Shown here piece after piece: positions 18,535-27,002 of a stretch of DNA of 64,000 bases. The notes beneath the pieces were generated by a model. That model was given only the letters and a program-made list of their open reading frames with translations, ran no database searches and was not told the DNA's origin. This stretch comes from Deltaproteobacteria bacterium (GTDB lineage: Bacteria; Myxococcota_A; Polyangia; Polyangiales; Houyiibacteriaceae): NCBI GenBank assembly GCA_034670305.1, contig JAXMNT010000041.1:9862-73861 (forward strand), written 5' to 3'. The position numbers and the translations under genes were made by a program. Positions within the stretch are counted from its first letter, which is position 1, and the number at the start of each line of letters is the position of its first letter.

Positions 18535-19734
18535 ATGTCCGCGCAGACCGAGGATCCGCCCGCCGAGTCTGAGGCCGATGTCGCACCCATCGCGCCGACA
18601 GACGCGGCGGCGCCGGATGTGAAGCCGGGTGGCGCGCCGGCCCACGCGAACGTGCTGCGGGTCGACAAGCTGCGTCTGCGCGGCTTTCGCAACCTGGCGT
18701 CGACCGATCTCGAACCGGGCGCCGCGTTCAACGTGATCCATGGCGACAACGGCGCGGGCAAATCCAACCTGCTCGAGGCACTCCACTACCTCGGTGCGCT
18801 GCGCAGCTTCCGCGGGGCGCGCACCGAAGACATGCTCTCGCAACAGGGCGACGAAGCGATCCTCCGGGCGCGGGTCTCGGGGGAAGCCGCACCGCGCGCG
18901 TTCTCGATCCAGCTGCAGCGCAGCAAAGCGCGCACCCTGGTGCTCGACGCCAAACGGCCGCGCTCGATCTCCCGATGGCACCAGGCGATCCAGGTCGTGC
19001 TGTTCCACCCGGGCGATCTGCGCATGGCGATCGGGGGGCCGGAAGCGCGCCGCACGTTGCTCGACCGCATCCTCGAGCAGATGGATCCGACCTACACCTC
19101 GACGCTCGCGACCTACACCAAGGCGCTTCGCAGTCGGAACCGGTTGCTCAAGAAAGAAGACGTCGACCGCCGAAGCATCACCGCGTTCGACCAGATCCTC
19201 GCCGAGGCCGGCGCCGTCGTCGGACAGACCCGGGCGCGCCTCGCCGACGAACTCGCGCCGTCGGCCGAGCGGGCGTTCGAGGAGGTCATCGGAGAATCGG
19301 TGCCGCTCGAGATCCGCTACCAGCACCGGGTGCCGCCGGATCCCGAGGAGATCCTCCGCGCGCTGCATGCGGCGTACGAGAAGGACCGCGCCCGCGGGTT
19401 CACCGCCGATGGACCCCACGGCGACGATCTGGTGATGCGGGTGCAAGAGGTCGTGGCCAAACACCACGCGTCGCAGGGGCAGCACCGCGCGATCGTCCTC
19501 GCGTTGAAGGTCGCCGAGCTCGACGTGCTCACCCGCTCGGTCGGCCGGGTGCCGCTCTTGCTCCTCGACGACGTCTCGAGCGAACTCGACCGCGCCCGCA
19601 ACCGCCGCTTCTTCCAGTTGCTCGCCAACCTCGGCGGCCAGGTCTTCCTGACCACCACCCACCCAGAGTTCATCCTGCTCGAACAGAACCGCGTCGACTT
19701 CCACGTGGAAGCCGGCGTCATCACCCGCGACTGA
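18535..19734 (+). CDS. recF: DNA replication/repair protein RecF
   Basis: GFRNL, Walker A GDNGAGKSNLLEA, RSFR, GPHGDDL, ASQGQHR, LLLDDVSSELD, QVFLTT. Confidence 0.96.
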   Translation: MSAQTEDPPAESEADVAPIAPTDAAAPDVKPGGAPAHANVLRVDKLRLRGFRNLASTDLEPGAAFNVIHGDNGAGKSNLLEALHYLGALRSFRGARTEDMLSQQGDEAILRARVSGEAAPRAFSIQLQRSKARTLVLDAKRPRSISRWHQAIQVVLFHPGDLRMAIGGPEARRTLLDRILEQMDPTYTSTLATYTKALRSRNRLLKKEDVDRRSITAFDQILAEAGAVVGQTRARLADELAPSAERAFEEVIGESVPLEIRYQHRVPPDPEEILRALHAAYEKDRARGFTADGPHGDDLVMRVQEVVAKHHASQGQHRAIVLALKVAELDVLTRSVGRVPLLLLDDVSSELDRARNRRFFQLLANLGGQVFLTTTHPEFILLEQNRVDFHVEAGVITRD

Positions 19735-19735
19735 A

Positions 19736-19857
19736 GGCTCGGCATCGGGATCGGTTTCGGCTTCGGTTCGGTTTCGGCATCGGGGTCGGCTTCGGAGCCA
19801 CAGGAACCGCGGGCACGGGCACGGGCACGGGCACGGGCACGGGCACGGGCGAACCGC
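19736..19857. repeat. Composite cassette: degenerate (GGCTTC)n followed by about six GGGCAC units
   Basis: Directly visible after the recF stop; reverse complement parallels 31161-31295. Confidence 0.92.
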
Positions 19858-20032
19858 ATGCTCGGCTTCGCCATCCTCGACCGAGTCGCGGTGTTGCTGA
19901 AGCGCTGGCGGCTGAGCGTCCGCAGTTCGAACGCGGCGGCGTACAAACAAACGGGAGATCATTCGAGATTTCCAACCATCCAATCGATGTGCAGCGGTGC
20001 GACTTCTGCACAACCCAGCTAGGCTGCGAGCG

Positions 20033-20038
20033 AGGAGG
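20033..20038 (+). promoter_or_regulatory. Shine-Dalgarno AGGAGG for ATG at 20045
   Basis: Perfect AGGAGG 6 nt upstream of ATG 20045. Confidence 0.75.
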
Positions 20039-20052
20039 GGCCCGATGACAAC

Positions 20053-20092
20053 CTCACTCACTCACTCACTCACTCACTCACTCACTCACTCA
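20053..20092 (+). repeat. Perfect (CTCA)10 tetranucleotide microsatellite
   Basis: Ten exact units counted between ATG 20045 and the downstream ORF. Confidence 0.98.
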
Positions 20093-20103
20093 TTCTTCTG
20101 AGC

Positions 20104-21252
20104 ATGCTCGCGGCGCTTGGATGTGACCCTCCCACCGGTTTCTTCATCGAGCCGACCGCCTCGGACGGGGAGCTCCAGACCTACCCACTCTTCGAAGGGC
20201 TCACGTTCGACGCGACCTCGGCGGCCATGCCAAGCGTGGCCGCCGAGGTGACCTCCGTCCGGTATCTGAACTCCAGCCGGCAAGTCCCCTTTCTGCTGCA
20301 AGGCGACACCAACTTGGGGAGCCCGTTGCTCGGGCTCCGCTTGCCCGCGTCCGGGGAAGCTGCTCGGACGGAGTCTGTGGGTCCAGCCGGGGCCTGGAAC
20401 AGTGTACGGGTATACGACCGAGGGGAGTGTTCGACCATTGAGGACTGGTACGCGACCGATGAGGATGGTGCGTCCGGCATCACGGTCGATCTCGCGGCTG
20501 GGCTCTTGGAGACCCTCTCATCGAGCAGCGACATCAGCGGTGCGGAGCTGCGGTTCGCAGAGTTCGACGTGGAACTCAACAGCCGGGGTCGCCTGGGCTA
20601 CGACATCACGGAAGACGTCGTGTCGCTCACCTTCCGCTTCTTCGCGGAGAACGTAGGCCCCAGCAATGTTCTCGGCTGCAAACGTGTGGAGTACACGATT
20701 GCCATGGAGTTGCAGCTCGTTCAGACCGACGCGGCGGTGGAGTCCATGGACGCCGTAGACTTCATGGAGCGCTGCCATCCCGACGCGTCGGGGTTCGGAC
20801 TCTTCCTCCTCGCGAACCGTGCCATCGAGGACCTTCGCGCCAGGACCCGCCCCACCTGTCCAGACGAGACATTGCTCCCTACGGAACGGCTCGGACTCGT
20901 TCGCTACGACGACGTCGACTCCATCGTACTGCGCGAGGACTACTCTGGATCCGAGGGCAGTCCTCGAGCCCACATCCTCTTCTTGTTCTCTGACCTCTCG
21001 GGCCGGCCGCTTGGCGCCCACGACGTACTCGTGCGCACCCTCCGTCCGGACGGGTTTGAAATCGTTCTGGCCGACTTCGTCGACGAGGATGTGCAAGCGG
21101 ACTTCTTCGGGGCAACCTCCTTCGTCACCCCCACGCTCTGCGGCCTGGAGCGCGACGAGTATGGCGACCCCGACACCAGTAGCGAGGAGTTCCCCAGGGT
21201 GGCCCCTCCCTTCCGGGTACTTCCCGAGGACATTGCTGGGGGCTCGCTGTGA
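20104..21252 (+). CDS. Hypothetical lipoprotein; probable true start 20045 is out of frame because of the (CTCA)10 tract
   Basis: 382-aa ORF beginning MLAALGC, preceded in frame by ILLS; less GC3-biased codons than neighbours; stop overlaps the next start (GTGA). Confidence 0.75.
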   Translation: MLAALGCDPPTGFFIEPTASDGELQTYPLFEGLTFDATSAAMPSVAAEVTSVRYLNSSRQVPFLLQGDTNLGSPLLGLRLPASGEAARTESVGPAGAWNSVRVYDRGECSTIEDWYATDEDGASGITVDLAAGLLETLSSSSDISGAELRFAEFDVELNSRGRLGYDITEDVVSLTFRFFAENVGPSNVLGCKRVEYTIAMELQLVQTDAAVESMDAVDFMERCHPDASGFGLFLLANRAIEDLRARTRPTCPDETLLPTERLGLVRYDDVDSIVLREDYSGSEGSPRAHILFLFSDLSGRPLGAHDVLVRTLRPDGFEIVLADFVDEDVQADFFGATSFVTPTLCGLERDEYGDPDTSSEEFPRVAPPFRVLPEDIAGGSL

Positions 21253-22091
21253 CTCGACTACTCGTGGGTGTGTTGCTCGTTGGGCTCGCGTGCGGAGGCC
21301 CGAGCGTCCCAAGTGACGGGAGTGTCGACGCCGGTGGGTTGGATGCCGGTCCAACAGACGCTTACCTACCGGGCGCATGCGGTTCTGACGGCACCGAAGC
21401 GTGCGGCTGTGTAGGACCCGTTCGAAGGTGCGACATGTGCCTGGACCGCTGCGAACGAGGATCCGTTTGCGGACGGGGCGCGTGCCAGTTGAGTGATCTC
21501 AGTACCTGCGCCTACCGCGCGGGCGACGGCGCCTACCAGTTTTGCAGTCGAGGTGTGTGCGCGGGATGGGAGGGGCCGCAGTACCCCGGCGGTGACGACT
21601 CGTTTGGAGGGATCTGCGTGAGGCCCGAGTACTGTATCGCGCGCGGAGACGCTGACCCGCCGCTCAGCCCAGATCTCGCCGAAGGAGCCTGCAGGTACAG
21701 CGACGGAACGGAAGTCGTGACCGGCCCGCCCCCACTCGACGCGTGCCCACCTTCCGATCCACGTGCTCGGTACTGCGGGGGGCCGTGTAGTATTTCCTGC
21801 CCCGAAGATGAGTTCGACTTCTTCGAGCACCGCCGGTTCCCCTGCGCCGGTCTCAGCGACAACCGTGGCTTCGGCGTCTGCGCGGTGAGCTTGCAGGTCT
21901 GTGTGGAGGGGCAACCGCGGCCGCTCAGCACGATCGACGGAGAGCAGGTCGTGTGCATGGTCCCGATGCCGCAGCCTGCCGAGCACCCGGCCCACGGCTA
22001 CGAGGTCCCGCTCTCGGTCTGCCGGGACTATGTGCGGCATCACCCCGACCACGCGACCTGCGTCGATGGCAACTTCGATCCGATCCTCTGA
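21249..22091 (+). CDS. Cys-rich lipoprotein, paralog A
   Basis: MTRLLVGVLLVGLAC lipobox; many Cys; collinear motifs shared with the next gene. Confidence 0.85.
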   Translation: MTRLLVGVLLVGLACGGPSVPSDGSVDAGGLDAGPTDAYLPGACGSDGTEACGCVGPVRRCDMCLDRCERGSVCGRGACQLSDLSTCAYRAGDGAYQFCSRGVCAGWEGPQYPGGDDSFGGICVRPEYCIARGDADPPLSPDLAEGACRYSDGTEVVTGPPPLDACPPSDPRARYCGGPCSISCPEDEFDFFEHRRFPCAGLSDNRGFGVCAVSLQVCVEGQPRPLSTIDGEQVVCMVPMPQPAEHPAHGYEVPLSVCRDYVRHHPDHATCVDGNFDPIL

Positions 22092-22974
22092 CCACATCGC
22101 TTGGCTCGGCCTGGTCCTCGTCGCTGGCTGTTACCTGAGCCACGGCGAGGTGCCGGGGTCGGACGGCGGAGTGGCGTCCGATGCTCGGGAGGACGGCGAA
22201 GTCGGATCCGAGTGCGGGTTCCTCGGGCCGTACCGTAGGTGCGACGTGTGCGACGTGCCGTGTCCCGCGCCGACCGAGTGTTACCCGCGAACCGGGGTCT
22301 GCCGGCCGCCGGACCGTGCCAGCCCGGGCGGGTTTCCGATCCACGACACGTGCGTGCTCCGCTTCGAGCCCGTGCCGTACGGCGACCGGCTCGACATCGT
22401 GGACTACTACCGGGCGTTCGGCTCGGTCGATGGGTGCGAGGACGCGGCGCTCTGTGCCGTCGGTCGGGAGGATGGTCCCACCCTCGAACAGCCGTTCACC
22501 GGCGTCTGCATGGATCCGGATTACTGCGAGGCGCTCGCGACCGTGCCCGAGACGGAGCTCGTATGCCGCGGCACCGACGGACGGGTGGTGGCACGGGCAC
22601 CCGCACCCGAAGCCTGTCCTCCAGGTTTGGGGTTCTGCGGTGAGGGTTGCGACCCGTGCCCCGACCACATGGTCTGCGCGGGGGTGTCCGAGACCCGCGC
22701 GGTCGGCGTGTGCGCTTCGGCGATTCCGTGCTTTCACCCGGACCAGACGCCGGTCGACGAAACCCGCATTCACCGCGACTACTTGGTGCTCAACGGCGCG
22801 CTCCGTGAATGCCGGGAGTACGCGATGACGGAGACCTGCCTGTGTCTGACCTTCGAGCCGTGGGCGTGGCCGGAGTATCCGGAGCAAGGCGTCGGGGTAC
22901 CGCTCGACGCGTGCCACGCGTACGCAGCGAGGTACCCCGGGGAGACGGTGTGTCATGAGGAGTGGGAACACTGA
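22066..22974 (+). CDS. Cys-rich lipoprotein, paralog B
   Basis: Likely ATG 22066 (MATSIRSSDHIAWLGLVLVAGC, lipobox); GPYRRCDVC, GVCMDPDYC, CAGVSETRAVGVCA align with paralog A. Confidence 0.82.
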   Translation: MATSIRSSDHIAWLGLVLVAGCYLSHGEVPGSDGGVASDAREDGEVGSECGFLGPYRRCDVCDVPCPAPTECYPRTGVCRPPDRASPGGFPIHDTCVLRFEPVPYGDRLDIVDYYRAFGSVDGCEDAALCAVGREDGPTLEQPFTGVCMDPDYCEALATVPETELVCRGTDGRVVARAPAPEACPPGLGFCGEGCDPCPDHMVCAGVSETRAVGVCASAIPCFHPDQTPVDETRIHRDYLVLNGALRECREYAMTETCLCLTFEPWAWPEYPEQGVGVPLDACHAYAARYPGETVCHEEWEH

Positions 22975-23027
22975 GGGCCAGCAGGTTGCTGCAGCGCCGA
23001 CCGGTTCGAATCGCCCGCGACTGAGCT

Positions 23028-24671
23028 TCAGGCTTGTCGGGCTGGGCGCGCGTCCAGCCAGGCGCGCAGGTCGGGCAGCGACTTGCAGTTGAGCACGTGC
23101 TCGGGCTTCAACCCCGCGCGCCGCGCGACCGCGACGCCGTGGTCCAGGTTGTCGAGTTCGCGCATCGCGTGGGCGTCGGCGGCGATGCTCACCGGCACGC
23201 CGCGTTCGCGCGCGAGACCCAAGTGTTCGACGCTCAGATCGAGGCGCGCGGGGTTCGCGTTGAGTTCGACTGCGCAGCCGGACGTGGCGCAGGCGTCGAG
23301 GAACCGGGCCGCGTCGATCTCCACCGCGGGGCGGCCGAGCAAGAGCCGCCCGGTCGGGTGTCCGATGACGGCCGTGTGCGGATTGAGCGCCGCGGCGACG
23401 AGCCGGTCGGTCGCCTGCGTGACGTCGTGTTTCACGCGCTTGTGCACCGAGGCGATCACGACCTCGAGCTCCTGGAGAAACGTGCCCGGGTAGTCGAGCG
23501 CACCCTCGTCGAGAATGTCGCTCTCGACGCCGGTCAACAGCACGCACGCGCTGCCTTCCTGGTTGAGCGCTTCGATCTCGAGGATCTGCGCCCGCAGTCG
23601 ATCTTGGTCGAGACCACGGGCGTAGAACGCGCTCTCGCTGTGTTCGCTGATGCCGAGGTACGCGAGCTGGGCGGCCGCGGCGGCGTCCCGCATCGCGCGC
23701 AGGGAGTGGCTGCCGTCGCTCGCGGTGGTGTGGTTGTGCAGTGCGCCGCGAAGCGACGCCCGCGTCACGTATTCGATCGGTGGACTGCCGCGCTGCACGA
23801 GCACTGCGTTGTCGCGGCGTTCGGGCGGGGTGGGCCAGAGCCCGAGCGCTTCGTAGACCGCGTCTGCGCGCTCGGCCGCCAGCGTGTCCCAGTCGACGCC
23901 GATCGAGGTCGCGTGTTGGCGCAGGGCGTCTCGGTGGACCCCGTCCGAGGTGTGCTCGATCGACACCCGGCCGAAGTCGTTCGGCGACACACACACGATG
24001 GCGACGTCCGCCGGCGCCTTCAGTTTTTCAGCGACGGTCTCGGGCAACGTCGCGAGGGCGTCCGGCGCCGCGGCCACGAGCAGGGAGAAGGTCTCGATCA
24101 GCTCGAGTCCGCGCGGCAGGTCGCCGACCACTTCCGCGCGCAGTACGCCGGGGATCTTCCGGACGCCGGCAAGCAGCTGCAGCGCGAGGGTGGTCGCTTG
24201 ATCGCGGCGGCGCTTGCGCGCGTTGCGACGGGCCTCTTCGATCTGCTCCAACACCTTGGTCTGGGTCTTGGCGCCAAATCCCTTGAGTGTCACCAGCCGG
24301 TTCTCCCGGCAGGCGTACTCGAGTTCGCCGAGGGTGGTGATGCCGAGGTCGATCCAGAGCGTCTTGATCTTCTTCGCGCCGAGCCCTTTGACCGTGCGGA
24401 CTTCGAACAGCCCCTCCGGAAGCGCGGACTCCATCTCCTTCACGACCCCCGGCTCGATGCCGTCGAGCAGGTCGGCGATGAGCGCGGCCGACTTCGGTCC
24501 GATGCCCCGCACCTTGGCGAGGCGGCGCTCCTCCAGCAGCACCGCGAGATCTTCGTCGAGTTGGCGCAGCGCCCAGGCCGCGCCCTTCCACGCACTCGCG
24601 CGGGGATCCGACCGCAGCTCCGCCGCAAATGCCAGCCGCTCGAACACCCGCACGATTTCACGCCGCGTCAC
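23028..24671 (-). CDS. polX: DNA polymerase X-family / PHP-domain protein (altered polymerase active site)
   Basis: HhH motifs VRGIGPKS, VKGLGAKK, LKGFGAKT; PHP motifs LHNHTTASDG, SEHS, GVESDI, ASVH, GHPTGR, ADAH. Confidence 0.9.
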   Translation of the reverse strand: MTRREIVRVFERLAFAAELRSDPRASAWKGAAWALRQLDEDLAVLLEERRLAKVRGIGPKSAALIADLLDGIEPGVVKEMESALPEGLFEVRTVKGLGAKKIKTLWIDLGITTLGELEYACRENRLVTLKGFGAKTQTKVLEQIEEARRNARKRRRDQATTLALQLLAGVRKIPGVLRAEVVGDLPRGLELIETFSLLVAAAPDALATLPETVAEKLKAPADVAIVCVSPNDFGRVSIEHTSDGVHRDALRQHATSIGVDWDTLAAERADAVYEALGLWPTPPERRDNAVLVQRGSPPIEYVTRASLRGALHNHTTASDGSHSLRAMRDAAAAAQLAYLGISEHSESAFYARGLDQDRLRAQILEIEALNQEGSACVLLTGVESDILDEGALDYPGTFLQELEVVIASVHKRVKHDVTQATDRLVAAALNPHTAVIGHPTGRLLLGRPAVEIDAARFLDACATSGCAVELNANPARLDLSVEHLGLARERGVPVSIAADAHAMRELDNLDHGVAVARRAGLKPEHVLNCKSLPDLRAWLDARPARQA

Positions 24672-24744
24672 CTCCGCATCCTACCAGCACCCCGTGCGCC
24701 AGGTGGCGGGCGCGGTGCGCGATCGGGTGCCACACTGAACGGGC

Positions 24745-26184
24745 GTGGGCGGGACAGGACGCAAGGGCTGGTTCGAGATCTCCCACGAGGGGTGGAGGCA
24801 GCGGGCCGAGTCGAGGCCGCTGGGCCGGCTGCTGCTCGAAGCGGTGCAGAACGCGTTCGATGCGCAGGCGTGCAATGTGCACCTGACCCTCACCGAGGGC
24901 GCGGTGGTCGTCGAAGACGACGCAGAGGCCGGCTTCGCGGACGGGCGGCTCGTCTACACCGTCTTCCTTTCGGACAAACACGCCGACCCGCGCAAACGTG
25001 GACGACTCGGGCGCGGCCTCAAGGAACTCATCGCCTCGATGGAGTCCGCCGTGGTCTCGACCGTGGGCGCGACGGTGGCCTTCGATGCGGACGGTCGCCA
25101 CAGCCAGACCAACGATCGTACGCGGGGCAGCCGCATCGAACTGCACCGCGAATTCGCGCCCGCCGAACTCGAGGACGCGCGAAGGGTGCTGCGCCTGTGC
25201 ATTCCACCGCCCCAGACGACCTTGCGGGTCGACGGCCGCGCGGTGCGGTCTCCGCGCACGGTGCTCACGCTCGCGTCGTGCGAGCTCGAGACCGTGTCTC
25301 TGGCGGGCGGGGTCGAGCGCGCCATCATGGGCGCCGCCCCGGTCTCGATCTATTCCGTCCGCCGGGGACAGGCCGCGCACCTCTTCGAGATGGGGGTCCC
25401 GATCCAGTCTTGGAACGTGCCCTGGCACGTCGACATCGGGCAGCGCGTGCCGCTGCTCGGCAACCGGGACGGGGTGCCCGAACGGTTCGAGATGAGCCTG
25501 AAAGCGCTGCTGCTCGAGTCAATGATTCACCGCTATCTGGAGACCAAAGATCTGCGCGCCGACTGGGTTCATGAAGTCATCGCCCGCTTCCCGATGAAAG
25601 CTTCGGTGCTCGATGCCTATGTGAGCCGCGCGTTCCCACGCGGCGCGGTGCTCGGCGGAACGAGCCGCGCCAACGACCGCGCCCGGCAGCTCGGGGCGCA
25701 CGTGATCGAGATCGCCACGATTCCGCACGGCGCCTACCTCGCGCTCGGCCGGGTCGTAGAGACCGCCGACGATTTCGTGCGCCGCCGCTCGGCCGAACTC
25801 GCGGGCGAAGCGGTCGAGCCGGACGCGGTGCAAGCGCGCTTCGCGGAGTCGGTCCGGTGGCTCGCGCGGCGCGTGGCTGGCCGGGTGGTGCGGGTCCGGT
25901 TTTTCGCCGCGGACCCGAGCGACGCCGGGTTGCTCGAGGACGCCACCTGCGACGCCGACGCGCGCATCCTCTCGTTCAACGTCCGGGCACCCCTTCGCTT
26001 CGACGACATCCTCGACCCCGCGACCTTGGGCGTCGTACTCCACGAGATCGCCCACCTCGAGACCCCGGAACACGACCACCGCTTCATCGATCGATTGCAG
26101 CTCTTGGCCGGACAGACCGCCCGAGTGCTCTGCGAGGGCGGTCCGGATCTCGCACATCGACTTCGGGGCGGAGATCCCGGGTGA
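24745..26184 (+). CDS. GHKL (HATPase_c-like) ATPase fused to C-terminal HEXXH zinc-metalloprotease-like domain
   Basis: EAVQNAFDA, VEDDAEAGF, RGRLGRGLKE, RGSRIEL; C-terminal VLHEIAHLETPEHDHRF. Confidence 0.82.
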   Translation: MGGTGRKGWFEISHEGWRQRAESRPLGRLLLEAVQNAFDAQACNVHLTLTEGAVVVEDDAEAGFADGRLVYTVFLSDKHADPRKRGRLGRGLKELIASMESAVVSTVGATVAFDADGRHSQTNDRTRGSRIELHREFAPAELEDARRVLRLCIPPPQTTLRVDGRAVRSPRTVLTLASCELETVSLAGGVERAIMGAAPVSIYSVRRGQAAHLFEMGVPIQSWNVPWHVDIGQRVPLLGNRDGVPERFEMSLKALLLESMIHRYLETKDLRADWVHEVIARFPMKASVLDAYVSRAFPRGAVLGGTSRANDRARQLGAHVIEIATIPHGAYLALGRVVETADDFVRRRSAELAGEAVEPDAVQARFAESVRWLARRVAGRVVRVRFFAADPSDAGLLEDATCDADARILSFNVRAPLRFDDILDPATLGVVLHEIAHLETPEHDHRFIDRLQLLAGQTARVLCEGGPDLAHRLRGGDPG

Positions 26185-26237
26185 GGCCACCCTGTGCAGC
26201 GGAGCCCAACCGAGACGGAGTGTGGCACCATCGCCGA

Positions 26238-27002
26238 ATGCGCCTCTCCGCCGTCCTGCTCGTGCTCTTCGCCTCGAGCGTCGCTTTCGGGCAGTCGGTC
26301 GTGGAGCGGGGCCGGGTGCTCTTCCTGGAGGCGGACTTCGAAGGCAGCCGAGCGGTGTTCGCAGAGGCACTGGAAGCAGAGGCCCAAGACCGCGGCGAGC
26401 TCGTCGCATCGCTCATGTACCTGACGGCCATCGATTCCGTGATGGGCGACGACGCGCAAGCCGAGCAGTGGGCCCAGGACGCGCTGGCCCTCGACGCCGA
26501 CGCCCAGCTTCCGGAGGGCTCGCCCAGCGAAGCGACCGAACGGGTCGAGGCGCTGCGCGGGCAGGTCGAGCCGATCGAGATCGAACTCGCGGTGGACGGA
26601 ACCGATCCCAACGTGCGCTTCGTGGTCGCCCGCCAGACCGGCACCCTGCACCTGCGCGCCGAGTTGGTGCTTCAGTGCGGCGAAGACGAGGTCGTGGGAC
26701 AGGACGGCGAAGCCCGGGTCGAGCTTCGCGCGACCCAGGATCGATGCGAGGCGGTGCTGCAATCGGAGAGTGGCGGCGAGCTCGTCCGGGAGTCCCTCGT
26801 GATCGCGCCGCTGGTCGTGACCGAACAGGTGGTGGTCGCGCCGGAAGAGACCGATGGCCCCCGGGTCGGTTTGATCCTCGGCATCGTCGGCGCGGTGCTC
26901 GCCGCGGCCGCGATCGGCATCGTGCTGGCGCTCGTCCTGGGTGGCTCCGAGTCGCCTCAGCTCAGCGGCATCGAAGTGGAGGGCTTCGGTGGCGGCGGCT
27001 GA
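26238..27002 (+). CDS. Exported protein with TPR-like N-terminus and C-terminal TM anchor
   Basis: ATG 26238 MRLSAVLLVLFASSVAFGQ signal peptide; C-terminal hydrophobic helix. Confidence 0.78.
   Translation: MRLSAVLLVLFASSVAFGQSVVERGRVLFLEADFEGSRAVFAEALEAEAQDRGELVASLMYLTAIDSVMGDDAQAEQWAQDALALDADAQLPEGSPSEATERVEALRGQVEPIEIELAVDGTDPNVRFVVARQTGTLHLRAELVLQCGEDEVVGQDGEARVELRATQDRCEAVLQSESGGELVRESLVIAPLVVTEQVVVAPEETDGPRVGLILGIVGAVLAAAAIGIVLALVLGGSESPQLSGIEVEGFGGGG

Noticed and set aside
19858-20022. 54-codon ORF MLGFAILDRVAVLLKRW..., faintly like the end of a four-helix-bundle protein
   Set aside because: Too short, no RBS, similarity rests on a few residues.
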